This document shows, piece after piece, positions 23,193 to 35,963 of a stretch of 43,694 nucleotides of DNA. This DNA is from Octopus bimaculoides (lineage: Eukaryota), in the NCBI RefSeq assembly GCF_001194135.2, contig NC_068986.1, positions 101,185,556 to 101,229,249 of the forward strand. The letters are read 5' to 3'. The notes under the pieces were generated by a model. That model searched no databases. It was not told the origin of the DNA and saw only the letters and a list, made by a program, of their open reading frames with translations. The first letter of the stretch is position 1, and the number at the start of each line of letters is the position of its first letter. A program made the translations under genes and the position numbers.

Positions 23193-23420
23193 NNNNNNNN
23201 NNNNNNNNNNNNNNNNNNNNNNNNNNNNNNNNNNNNNNNNNNNNNNNNNNNNNNNNNNNNNNNNNNNNNNNNNNNNNNNNNNNNNNNNNNNNNNNNNNNN
23301 NNNNNNNNNNNNNNNNNNNNNNNNNNNNNNNNNNNNNNNNNNNNNNNNNNNNNNNNNNNNNNNNNNNNNNNNNNNNNNNNNNNNNNNNNNNNNNNNNNNN
23401 NNNNNNNNNNNNNNNNNNNN
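23193..23420. other. Assembly gap (N)
   Basis: N run. Confidence 0.99.
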
Positions 23421-23456
<36 letters not shown>

Positions 23457-23459
<3 letters not shown>

Positions 23460-23660
23460 TATGCGTTTGTTCACCCCACCATCCCTTGATAAGAGATGTT
23501 GGTGTTTTTACTTCTCCAAAACTTAGTGGTTTGGCAAAAGAGACCGAAAGGATAAGTACTAGGCTTACAAAGAATAAATCTTATGGGCGACGTATTCGAC
23601 TAAAGGTTTTGCTCCAGTATGGGCACAGTCACATGACTGAAATAATTAAAAGATTAAAAA
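23457..23660 (+). mobile_element. 3' half of a family-B SINE
   Basis: ataagtactaggcttacaaagaataa...tgctccagtatgggcacagtcacatgactgaaa matches 7190-7290. Confidence 0.85.
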
Positions 23661-23854
23661 AATAAACGAAATGTATATTAAACCATTTTAGTTGTAACAT
23701 AAAAGTACAAAAAAGTACAAAATTTGCTTTAATTGTTGAAACAGAGGTAAGAAATTAGATTATATAGAAACAATATTATTTACAGATAATTTATGTGTAT
23801 CACGAGCAACAATGTAATTTGGTAAATAGTAAAAAGATAAAAAGAATTAAATAT

Positions 23855-25122
23855 TTAGTTATGAGCAATTCCTCTTAAAAATCCATCACCTCTCCATTTT
23901 GATAACCCTTCTCAATATTTGCAATTCTTTCCATTAAATCTTGATTGTTGTTTTACTTTTTGGTTGAAGGCTGATGTCCTGCCAGCATTTGTGTGATGAT
24001 GGTGTTGTTAAGAGCTTGTTCCGTCTTCACTACATGAAGATAACGTCAGATGACTTCACGTTATATTCGCCTATAAATGCCATCCCTCCAAGGAATTAAT
24101 TGTTCGTGGTAAATCATTACATACGCAGCCATTCACGTTCCATACACAAATACGCCGTCGTATTCTACCGATATAAGAATCTTCAAATTAATCAATGATT
24201 GGATCTCTTTCATGGCACAGATTTTCTTGTAATTGCTCAAATGCTGTTACAGCATTGTCTGCTGACACAAAAGCCAAAGCTGGTATCATTCGAATGCTTA
24301 GAGCAAAATCAGCATCGCTCTGATATCTTGATTATAATCCCTACGATTGTACCTTCCGATGAACTGCTTCAAAGAGATGAAAAAAAAACACTTTGATAAT
24401 TGCATTTGGAAAACTTTCGGTAATTGCATTCTTGGCAGCCTGTTCCTAATCGATAAAAATAGTAGTTGGGTTGAGGCTGCAGCTAATAGCCCGAAGTTGA
24501 CTGAAAAGTTCTTCATAGGCGGCTTGACGTTTATTTGGCAATAATGCAATGACAACGAATCGTTCTATTAGAGATTAAACAGTGAATGGAGTAGAGTTAG
24601 TAAAACAGTTCTGGTACTACTTTGAATATACCATTGCAAAACTAATCACTTACAGATTGTAAAAGTCGCTTTTCTCCGGAGAAAACAAAAGTAAACGGTT
24701 CTCGCTGGATCCTCTATCGTAAGTTTCTCGGTATGCCATCCGGAGCGTGTATAGCTTGCTTATATCTTCTGATTGAACTCCTAATAATGCTCAAGGCCGG
24801 TTGCAAAGTAGAGACTTTATACGAAACATTCTGTAAATTTTGTGTTATAATTTGTTGTGAATATTGCTGGTTTGTAATAGTTTTCTCCTTCATTGCTTTA
24901 CAAACAGATAGATCTTCAAGAAGAACATATGCATCGTGAGTGTGCACTGTGTCTGGATAATTATTTCTTCTCCACACAGTATGATTTTGACCTTGTAATT
25001 GTTATGTTGGCGGCGTTCACACTCGTAGAACGTATTTGCAGATGACACGCCCCTGTTGTTAACGTAGACGTAACGATTATAGCAGAGATTCAACCTCCAA
25101 GATGAGTTTTAACGAAATGCAT
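23855..25122 (-). pseudogene. FLYWCH + MULE transposase pseudogene
   Basis: Across stops and frameshifts: MHFVKTHLGG..YNRYVY..YECERR..HTH (FLYWCH-like), NGIFKVVPELFY*LYSIH, DFALSIRMIPALAFV, FEDSYIGR, LPRTINSLEGWH, RGIAHN*. Confidence 0.9.
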
Positions 25123-25402
25123 GGGTACTAACAATTGTGTATTAATTAATATCCAAAAAGTTTCACGAGCTAGGTCTTTCGACACCCGGTGGTCGTTTAC
25201 TGCAGCAAACTGAGGAAAAATACAACTTTTAAGTACAGAAAGAATCGCCCAAAATGACAGATAAAGTGAAATGAATGACAAGGATTAAGTGAAAGTGTCT
25301 GTCGGGTAGATGCCTATCGGGCAATTAATTACTCGTCGGACAGTTAACCTAGAACCATATAAATATAAATATATTCATACATACATACATACATACATGC
25401 AT

Positions 25403-25405
25403 ACA

Positions 25406-25490
<85 letters not shown>
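25403..25490. repeat. (CA)n and (TA)n microsatellites
   Basis: Direct reading of the sequence. Confidence 0.95.
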
Positions 25491-25953
25491 CAAACAAACA
25501 CATGTATGTCAGGATTTCGCTTGACCCTGCCTGATATTTGAAACCAAATCTACCAGCTTGTTGCCTGTCAAATCCTCTCCACACCAGTTGATTGATAGGG
25601 AAACACTTGACCTCCCAAGGAATGGGTCAGTCCTTTGTTTAGGGTATAGAGTTTGACCTACATTACTGACCATAGTCTATATAACAGACAGCGTTTCCTC
25701 TCTCTTTCTCTTTTGTGTCAGACAGACCAAATAGTAACAACCTCTTTTGCTTCAGCCATGACCGAGAGCAACACCTCCCCTCGTCCTTCGCTCAGCATAC
25801 GAAGAAAAGCTTTCGGCCGCAAGAAAGACGATGCATCCGTTATCCTTTCTTCCTATCTACTCAACATAGTGCATTCCTTACTCTTTCACTCTCTACTGAC
25901 AAACAGCAACTTCTACACTATCAGCTACTAACCAGCGAGCCAATCTGTTTGTC

Positions 25954-26383
25954 ATTATTACTACAATTACTTAGGGCTCTATACCCCTTTTATTATGTTT
26001 TTCTGACCAGGCTCCCGTGGTTTTATGGGTTTTTTCACGTGTAACGTTTCCTTTTTCGAAGCGCCTCCCGTTTCGGGGGTTTCTACTTATTTATTTATCT
26101 ATTTATTCATTATATCTTTCTCCGTTTTCTTCCTCTGTTTAAACGAACTTTCCTACCTTTTCGGACAAAACCTTTTGTAACCTTCGTCCTGTCTTTGTCC
26201 TTATATGTTTTTAATTGATATTAGCCCTTGTGGCCAATAAAACGAATTAATTATTACTACAATTACTTAGGGCTCTATACCCCTTTTATTATGTTTTTCT
26301 GACCAGGCTCCCGTGGTTTTATGGGTTTTTTCACGTGTAACGTTTCCTTTTTCGAAGCGCCTCCCGTTTCGGGGGTTTCTACT
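25954..26383 (+). mobile_element. Tandem 3'-end fragments of a Tx1-like LINE (296-bp period)
   Basis: 25954-26087 is repeated identically at 26250-26383. The unit ends in ttagcccttgtggccaataaa, like the LINE end at 6180-6200. Confidence 0.7.
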
Positions 26384-26748
26384 NNNNNNNNNNNNNNNNN
26401 NNNNNNNNNNNNNNNNNNNNNNNNNNNNNNNNNNNNNNNNNNNNNNNNNNNNNNNNNNNNNNNNNNNNNNNNNNNNNNNNNNNNNNNNNNNNNNNNNNNN
26501 NNNNNNNNNNNNNNNNNNNNNNNNNNNNNNNNNNNNNNNNNNNNNNNNNNNNNNNNNNNNNNNNNNNNNNNNNNNNNNNNNNNNNNNNNNNNNNNNNNNN
26601 NNNNNNNNNNNNNNNNNNNNNNNNNNNNNNNNNNNNNNNNNNNNNNNNNNNNNNNNNNNNNNNNNNNNNNNNNNNNNNNNNNNNNNNNNNNNNNNNNNNN
26701 NNNNNNNNNNNNNNNNNNNNNNNNNNNNNNNNNNNNNNNNNNNNNNNN
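26384..26748. other. Assembly gap (N)
   Basis: N run. Confidence 0.99.
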
Positions 26749-29489
26749 GGTTCAGATTACATATAGTCCATCTCTACCACTACTGTTTCTCTAACTACTT
26801 GTCGGGCAAACGAATACTTATGTGTAAATAGTACTTGTTCCTTCTTATTGTTGAATCTTCGATGTTCACTGCTTACTCCGACGCGAGAAATTTCAAGCGT
26901 TACATCTACATGGTACATTTGGTAGTGGGCTACATCATATCGATCTCATACGGCATGTCACTTCAGCCGCTATATGTAATGTTTATGTGTGAGTATACAT
27001 ATAATTATATACACGCACATGCGCACACACACGCACACACTCGCGCACACACATACACACAAACACACACACACACCCATATATATATATATATATATAA
27101 ATACACATAGACACACAGAGAAATATGTACATGTATCAATATTATTAAGTCTTTCGTACAGGATCAGTTTCCGACATACTGGATATGGAATTACCTATCA
27201 CTAACAATATATAAATTCCTGAAACAATAACAATATTGCTCGGTGGTATTGTTATATACCCCCTGAGACAGCAAAACAGAGACATGGTTTTTATCGCCAT
27301 TTCCTTTCATTAGTCCGTCAGTAGCAAAACATAGAATTTTTAATATTTCTCTTTCCTTCTTTTTGCATACTGAAAAGTATAGTTGTGAACATACTTGACA
27401 GGAAATATATACACTGCTGAATATATCCAAAGCAGGATAATGGGCACATTTCTTTTCAAGAACACAAAATGTGTAAATCATATATTATAAGAATTATAAC
27501 CGTAGTACAAATAATGCTGAGGTGACATGTGTTTTTTTCTAAATCTTAGCAAAGCTGGAAGCATTACTTTGTATCAACGACATACAATAGTTTCAGTAAA
27601 TAATTTTATTGAAATGAGAATAATATAAAAAAGATCATTAACAAGATATCTACAATAAACATAGTTTAAACTCTCTCTATTGTGATTTGCTTTTACCTGC
27701 TGTATGTTTTCGAATAGAAAAGCACATATTTTGAAAAAGAAGTGTATGGATAAAATGCGTACATTCATCAGACAATTACTTCTTTTTATATATGGAATGT
27801 TTAATGGAGATTTGAAGATTTGAACATAAAATGTTTCCATGTATTCATTGTTTAGTTGCCTCATGACTTCACGGTTTCCGTAGAAATCTTCCATGTCTTT
27901 GCAATATCTTAGAAGCAGCAGTAGAGACATAAATTATTAACATACATGTAAGTTTAAGTCCTCTAAATATAGTGCTGAAACTACTACAATGCTGTCCCTA
28001 ATATGTCTTGAATAACATTTTAGTTTAACTAAAATATATAAGCATGTAGTATTTAGGAAAAGAAAGGAATCAATACAGATTTCTGAATAATATAATTACA
28101 CGTTGAAATAATGGCTTCCACAATAACAACCAAGAAATCTTGTAAAGAATTGTTATTCGCATAGAAATTTTCTAAACGACATCAAATTTAATAAACTGTT
28201 TTTTCGTGAGAAACCAAATAATTCTTAAGCATTTCTCTTTCCTACTCTAATTGCGTAGAGATATAATATTTTTTTTAGAACTTCTATAGTGTTTTGTGGC
28301 AATCTGGTTACTAAACAGACATTTATACATGGAAAAATAAATTCTTCGAAGTTAATTATGAGTAGAATGGTCACGGTGTTTTCCTTGTGTATAAAGTTTT
28401 GGTATCTTGTATCGTGACAGGATGGTACTAAGTATACATAATCGGGGTAAATAAGATATTTTGCCTCCTTGTTATCTCTAAGTAAATACTGTATACGTAG
28501 GCAAATCATAGTTGCCAGATCTCTTGTATAATTCATTTCTATGTACTGGATCCTTAAGTAAATAGATTGAGGGCGCAAAGTAATAAACCGTTTATGCTCT
28601 TTAAATTGCGTTAGATTTAAAGTGAAATAAAAATTGTTCAAATGTATTTCAGAGCATTCTTTCATAAGTGTTATTTCTTAATTCTCGTCTTTCGAGTAAA
28701 CATGTTTAATCAATGTCTTAAATTGTATATATGCATATATCTCCTCCAGTTATATAGACATTTAAAAAATACCCTCGACTCAAAACTGGTAAACGTTTAT
28801 CAGATCGGAAAACTTACTACGAATAGCAGAAATATTTTTTGTAAGATCAAATTACATAGTGTTCGAAATGGATGTGTACGATAGATAATTCAAATCAGGA
28901 TATATTAAAACAGAAGATGGTCAGGACTGAAACACTTCTATATCATTTGATATTGACGATATATAAAACTAGTAAAAAATCTAATCGTTTCGAATATCGC
29001 TTTGATGTAGGTATCTGTAGGTTATACACGCTTGAATTTAAAATCATCTTTGAAGATGAGGAAGTAAATGATATTTTTTTTGTTTACACTGTTCCGTACA
29101 CATTATAATTGTTTGTATTTTTTCTACGTTATGAGAAACAGGATGGTTAATATGAAATTGTTATTAACGCACTGAAAACTCTCACTTATGTTTGTTAACA
29201 TGAGTCTTCAGTTTGTGTGCCTTTATTATATACAGAGCGTTCAAGACATGTAGAATGGAGGTAGAAGGTGACTAAGTCTAGAAGAAAGTGATGAGTAATT
29301 TAGACCCATAGTGCAATAAAAAAAGGCTAGAAATATACTGCAGACTAAATGCACCGAAATTATTATCTTTCAGAAAATTTGTTATAATCCAATATCAAAC
29401 AACTGATGTCAAACAACCTCAAAATAGTTACACCGAATAGGCTAGTTTATTTGCCACTGCTTACTTTGTTGTGCTTTCTATCACATGCC

Positions 29490-30223
29490 TGTAAAATTAC
29501 AGCTTGCTAAATGGCAACACTAAAGATAGAAGTGACAACATCACCGAGAGCGACAAATGCAGAATGTGAGGTGAGAGGGGTGAAATAATATGGCGCATCG
29601 TTAGCGAATACCAGAAATTGGCTCAATGCGAATACAAGAGACGACATGACCATGCGGTAAGAATGATCTAGTGGGAGATCTGTGGAAATCACGGCCTACA
29701 AAGAGCAAAGACATGGTATGTGCAAACGTAAGAAGGACTCATCGAGAAGGAAAACTGCAAAATCCTGTGTTGCACTGATTCAGTGCAATCACCTGTCTAA
29801 AAGTGGCAAACCAGACATTGTTGTTTGGAAAAAAATCAAAAAGAATATACATGATAATCGACAAAGCATGTCCCGGTGAAAGAGGCAAAAAGACTGAACG
29901 ACTACGCAATTTGAATTGGGAAGTAGGAAAGTTGTGGGCAAGGAGGGGAGTAGATGTGATGCCAATAATACTTGGCACACTTGGAAGTATCAGCACTCAA
30001 CAACCAACATGGCTGAAAAAGATTGGTACAAATGTAAATGTAGAACACATACAAAAATCAGCATTGCTTGGAACTGCAAGAATTCTTCCCAGAGTTCTTC
30101 AAGCAAGATAAGTAAACAAGTGTGACCTTAGTCTGCTTGCTGTGAACAGCTGACACTTCCATCATGCCCAGCAAAGTAAGTTGTGAGTTTTCATCAAATA
30201 ATAATAATAATAATAATAGCAAT
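29490..30223 (+). mobile_element. 5'-truncated R4/Dong-like (RLE-type) non-LTR retrotransposon
   Basis: Degenerate knuckle DKCRM*GERGEIIWRIVSEY, LAQCEYKRRHD, KPDIVV, IIDKACP, PIILGTLG, IQKSALLGTARIL, then an (AAT)n tract. Confidence 0.85.
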
Positions 30224-30430
30224 ACTCCTTTCTACTATAGGCTCAAGACCTGATATTTGGGGGAGGGGACTAGTCGATTACATTGACCCCAGTACTTGAC
30301 TGATACTTATTTAATCGGCACCGAAAGAATGAAAGGCAAAGTCAACCTCAGCAGAATTTGAACTCAGAAGGTTCCGACGGAGGAAATCATCGGAAGTATT
30401 GCGCCCGGCGTGCTAACGTTTCTGCCAGCG
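30224..30430 (-). mobile_element. Family-A SINE
   Basis: Same body as the array units. Its 3' end (agtagaaaggagta) runs into the (ATT)n tract. Confidence 0.9.
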
Positions 30431-31218
30431 CGAACGTCAAATGTAGAACGTTATTGGCACATTTCGTGATGAGGCGTTTGCTATAATTCAGTGCCAGACA
30501 CAAGATACACTCTATCAAGCTATAACACTTTTACCCGGTTTCTTCCAATTACGTTTTACTTCTGTAATATTGCATGAATAGCAAAGAATTCTGCACATAT
30601 GAACATGAAAATTTATGAATTATGAGTCATGTCAGAACATTTGTCTTCGAATGAAATATATGTAACATAAACGACAATATGAAGCTGTAGAGAAAAGTGA
30701 AGAAAGGGGATTCCATACTCATATGGAAATTTTGAAATTCTGTTATTAAATTTATCATGATTAATACTTATGAATTTTGCGGGAATTATATTTCTCGAAT
30801 ATAAGAAATTGATGTAAAAGCGAGCCTACTGCGGGGACGTATTAAATGTTACAGAAGATGGATACTTTATACTTACTGCTTCCTAAGCGATACTAAAATA
30901 TCATTGCCTATCTTTCAATCCAGTAATTTAAAATGCGTAAGAAATCTATTGGAATTGATTTCATTGTATTACATTCCGTTTTATTTCTTACAATAAATTA
31001 ATATATAGAAGAAAATGATATTTATTAACTTCCGCTGTAGATGCAAATTCAACGTATTTTAATCTCCGGTTGAAGCTATTTCACATACAGTATGCAGCTA
31101 ATTACGTCGGGAAAGCCTTCAAATACGACCACGTTACTCAGTGTCATGAAATATTGTGACCTCTTAGCTGGGCAAATATTCAACTATATTTTCAGAATCA
31201 TAATGCAATCACAAAGTA

Positions 31219-32746
31219 AACTGAACCAGAAAGGAAACGCCGCATACATACTAAATAGAAACCGGTTTATTAACATATTGTCATAGCATTGATTGAAGAG
31301 TGCTAGTTAAGAAACGATTCTTTCCTAATGATAGCATGTCATTTCTTGAACCACGCTTGACGTCATGTGGTGTCAAGTGATGACGGAGTATCTTGGATCC
31401 AAAGAGATGAACACAATATCTCGTATGACCACCGTTAGCATGGATTACCACCAGGTGTTTTCTACACATTGAATGCACCAAACGATTGATGAAGGCCATG
31501 GGTATAGCAGCCCGTACTATCTAAAACATGCAGTGAGTTGTGCCGCAGTTGTCGATTTTGGACGGACGTTATTTAGCCTTCATTGGATTGCGTCCTACAT
31601 ATGCTCTATGGGGTTCAAGTCCGGACATAGGGCACACCATGAGAGTGGCTGGATGTTGTGTTGTTGGAGGAAGCTTGTTGTCAACCTGGTAGTAGTGTGG
31701 GCACGAGCGCTGTCGTGATGGAATACGTGATTCTGATGATGGGCAAAGTATGACACAATGTGAGAACTCAACACTAGGTTGATGTAGTGAGCAGCAGTTA
31801 CTCTGTTGCCCCGGCTTTGGTCGATGTTTTGGAAGATGCCAGTAAAATGGTCCAAGTTTCTGGTTGTGTGCAATCCAACTTATTATCATGATGTTCTGTC
31901 CTCCCTATGAGTCTCTCTCCATCACACAGCCGTCGACATGATGTTCACCCCTTCTCCAATCCTTAGCTCTGCCATCCGTCACAGAAATGCTATATCGACT
32001 TTCGTCAGAGAAGACTATAGTCTTCTACTGCTGATATCGCCAGTTTTGAAGTCTTTGAGCCCACTGCAGACGTACCCGTCGATGGCGATCTCTGAGGATG
32101 GGGCCCTAGCCGGACGTCAACAAGATTGAAAGTCCTCAACGAGCAGTGAACTGTCTCTGCACAAATGGGTCTGTGGTGAGACCCTATGGTCTGCCTAGCT
32201 GATTCCGTTGCCCTTCGGAATCGACCCTGCAAGAGCTGTCGGTGCAGGTGGTGATCTTGACGTTGGTCGGTCACTGCAAGGGCAATAATCCGTACTGTTT
32301 GTGGCATTGTATCGTTCTATCAGCCTCCCAATTGTCCGAATACCACAGTTCAAGTCATTAGCAGCGACCCATGGACGTTGACCAGCATGGAGACGTCCGA
32401 TGGCTTGCTCCCTCTGATTTTGTGTCAGCCTTCGCATGTTTACTGCGTTTAAGAAACGAATGACAGACAGGTAAATTTGGGTGCCTTTTATACCAAATGA
32501 ATCACCGTTTTGCACATGAATTATGCTTATCATAAAGATGTGTCCGCAATCATTACCATGTTCACGAAAAGCGAGCGAGTTCGATCACTATATGCAACCT
32601 TGTGTTTTCAAAAAGAGTGGTGTGTGTGTCAGTGACATCATCCCGATTTCAAATTACATAGAAATGCGATAAAATCCATATAATGCCAATATCGCATGCG
32701 AAACAAATAATAATTCAAAGAGCGACTTTTCTTTTGTAGTTCAGTA
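31219..32746 (-). mobile_element. Full-length degenerate Tc1-like transposon with TA target duplication
   Basis: TIRs ta|aactgaaccagaaaggaaacgc and gcgacttttcttttgtagttcagta|ta; length about 1.53 kb. Confidence 0.88.
31416..32437 (-). pseudogene. Tc1 transposase pseudogene (DD34E-type motifs)
   Basis: MRRLTQNQREQAIGRL, IVFSDES, FHHDSARAH, PDLNPIEH and GGHTRY, disrupted by stops and frameshifts. Confidence 0.93.
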
Positions 32747-33554
32747 TATTTTCGTATATCTTATTATAACTTATATCTTTTATATAATTAAAATGAAACA
32801 GTATGATATCGCACTATTAATACAGGCACTGCGGCACTACAGTTATCATATGTTGCGCGAGCTCTTTAGAACAAATAAATATATCGTTGTTTAATTTCAT
32901 ACCAGTGCAATTTTTGTTACAAAAGCTTACTAAATGGACGAAATCTAATTTCATTAATGAGAAAATTCATACAAATTTAGCATTTTATTTCATTTTGCTT
33001 AGCTCAGAAAACCAAACACCAAAACGAAATTCAAGTCTTAAATGTATCGAAGTAATTCTCAAGTGATATATGAAAGCAATCAGCTAAGTCCAAAACGGAT
33101 CTGATGTATTATGAAAAAATAGCTTATCTATCTTAAACAAAGCAGGCATGCCATATCTGCTATCGTAAATACTGGGTGTTCTGCATCCTACTTTAAATGA
33201 TATTGCTGTTGCTGTTTGACCAAATTTTCTTTTTATTTGAAGCAGTACAAGCGTAGTAATCATGTTCTTTCAGAAAACTTATTGCTTTTTTTGAGTGGGG
33301 TGTGGTTCATTTTTACTGAAGTGACACCACAAAATTTTGTTGTTGCATGGCGCAGTACATCTTCATAAGCATACAATCGAGGGTAACTTTATTACAGATA
33401 TATTTTCCGTTATATGAAATATGGCATATCTGTAGATGGTATCCATGACGAAATGCATATTATATATAATACAAACTATTTTTATGTTACTTCAAACGGA
33501 ATAATTACAACAATCATAACTGAAAGAATTGCATTTTGCTTTTCCCTGCGAAAT

Positions 33555-33610
<56 letters not shown>

Positions 33611-33635
33611 TTATCTATCTATCTGTCTATCTATA

Positions 33636-33666
<31 letters not shown>

Positions 33667-33691
33667 TTATCTATCTATCTCTCTATCTATA

Positions 33692-33744
<53 letters not shown>

Positions 33745-33745
33745 G
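33555..33745. repeat. (ATCT)n tetranucleotide microsatellite
   Basis: Direct reading of the sequence. Confidence 0.95.
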
Positions 33746-35243
33746 CCTGTCAGTCTGTCTCTCTATGAAAAAATATTTAATTGCACATATATATGTGTAT
33801 CTGTATTGTATATGCATATGCACGCGCACACACTAGTACATGCATACAATCATAAATGCGTTCATAGAAACATATTCACACATGATCATGTGTTAGCACA
33901 TAGGTATACAAGTATGCATTTCGATATATAGATCTTTGAAATTTTGTTGGCAGATACACAAAACAATCTGGAAAAGAGTGCTATTTTCACTTTCATTAAT
34001 TTCTTAATAGAACACTTTACTATTTTACTATTAGCAGTTTAATGCGTTGTCTAATTTCTGCAACCTATTTACTTATAGCATTCCACTACATTCAGAAAAT
34101 TCCACCTTGAAGTACAGAAATGTCTTTCTAAGGGTATAGCAAGCCACGGAGCAAGTTGATCTTACGTATTAGTTTACTATTTTAGTTACCTCTTCATCTA
34201 TAGCCACATAAAAAGTAGAAAATAACATTTTTGTCGCCCTTTTAGATACTTTCCTTTTCTCTTTTTTCATTGGTTATATTTGTCTGGGTTTTGTCAGTTT
34301 TATGTCTGTCCAGTTATCTTGTGGTATTTTTATTCGTTAGTTTCTTTGTTCATTTATTTATTTTCTATTTCTATGTAAGTGATTAAGTGTATATTGCCAT
34401 TTTTTCTACGCATCTCTCTGTATTTATATTGGTGCATATGAAAACTTGCTACGCACCTATATTAATACATATGATTATCTAAATCTGCTTATTACTGGGA
34501 GTGACTTTTCTCAAGTCGTATTGAATTTCTTATGTAAATGTCTGGAGGTTAAGCTTTCATATGTAGTAAATACTTTCTGAATCAAACATACGCTTCATTT
34601 TAGAGATTCCGAGGAAGCAGTACGCTGTTGAACTTGCACTTAATTCTGAGTACAATGTTTCTTGTAAGAAACACATCTGTTCCCTTTTTTTTCCAATCGA
34701 TGTGTATGTGTATAAATATATTATGAATGAGAAAATATCAGGTGTAAAGCGTAATGAAATGTAGATAACTCTGAACCTTTCCTAAAGTGACTCTCAATTT
34801 TGTGTTTTACAAAACAACCCCCAGTAATTTACCATTGGATAGTTTTATTGTCAAGAACTATATGAAAATTAATGCCGAATTTGATTGGCTGTGAGATTTC
34901 GCGTATAAGCACAAATGTGTATGAAGTATTGGAGGCTATACGTAGTAGAATGGCATGAATTCTATGAAGTGGGGGTTTTGAGTTAAGGGAAATGAGTGGA
35001 ATAAAAATGGGTCAATGAGGATGGGGTATACGTGACAATGTTAAGTGTTAATGGGTAATACATAATCCACACAGAAATGTATCACAGAGGTGTATAATAA
35101 GTTGATTCAAAGATTCAGAAACATCTAGGAGAATTACCTTTAAACAAAACCATACAAATAACAAGTAAAGTCGCACATTTAGGCTATACGCTTCATGTCT
35201 CAGACGCGTTAAATTTAGTTATCAATACAAGTTAATATATAAG

Positions 35244-35470
35244 GCAGCGAGTTGGAAGAGTCGTGACTACACGGGAAAAAATACTCAGCAGCATTTCGTT
35301 CGTCTCTACATCTAAATTTGAAGTTCCACCGACTTTGCCTTTCGAGTTCGATAACATAATTAGCACTTCACCACCGAGGTCGATGTAATAGACCTGGTCA
35401 CTCTCCGCTAACTTGCTGGTATTGTGCGTGAATTTGAAACCAATATATATTTCGTGATATTTAAAACTTG
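35244..35470 (+). mobile_element. Degenerate family-A SINE
   Basis: ggcagcgagttggaagagtcg...gactttgcctttc...ccgaggtcgatgtaatagac matches the reverse complement of the array units. Confidence 0.75.
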
Positions 35471-35912
35471 TTTAAAAAAACAAACAGACAAATTACAAAC
35501 TTCACATATGAAAATATATATAGAGAAAAACTACTTGGGGAATCTAAGCAATAAACATCTCTACAAAACAAATTTATCCACGACAATGTTTTTATCAAAT
35601 TATCTCACTTTATATTTTGGACTTAAAACCGAAAAAATTTTGCCCTAAATACTTCTAGTAGTGCTAAACTTCAGGTTTTAATCAATCCTTTCCCAACTTT
35701 AGTTGTATAAACCTAATTTACTAAATAATCCACGCACAAGAATTAATACCACTTCATGACAATTACGCAGTTTGATAATTAGTGGTTGATGACACGATAC
35801 TGTAAATTACCACTAAGCGAAACCAGTATTTCAGTAATAAAATCTATACATTCCATTAATAATAGAAAACAATATACAAGCAATCTGTTTGATATAGTAA
35901 CTATTCACTTAC

Positions 35913-35963
35913 CAAACACTCTCCAGAAATTAATGTAGTTATGTGCATAATTCATATTAACAT
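35913..35963 (-). CDS. Candidate 51-nt internal exon (D)VNMNYAHNYINFWRVF(G), product unknown
   Basis: Acceptor ttggtttttag| and consensus donor G|gtaagt; phase 1/1; reading frame open. Confidence 0.4.

Larger units (their letters stand above)
23122..25356 (-). mobile_element. Mutator-like (MULE) DNA transposon, degenerate, containing a gap and a SINE
   Basis: The right end ...gtcggacagttaacctagaacc is TIR-like with cccga subrepeats. The candidate left TIR ggtatccagaaaaatgcccgac matches only partly. Confidence 0.6.

Noticed and set aside
30857-30900. 16-nt minus-strand micro-exon that would link the 35913 and 20013 candidates in phase
   Set aside because: Such short AG...GT matches arise easily by chance in AT-rich DNA; no independent support.
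32008-32025. 18-bp perfect palindrome agaagactatagtcttct, a possible inversion junction
   Set aside because: The transposase frame reads straight through it (KTIVFSDES), so it is a coincidental coding palindrome.
33414-33931. Long ORFs of IYLS repeats, and similar THTH/CVCV/RERE or X-rich ORFs elsewhere
   Set aside because: Translations of microsatellites and N-gaps.
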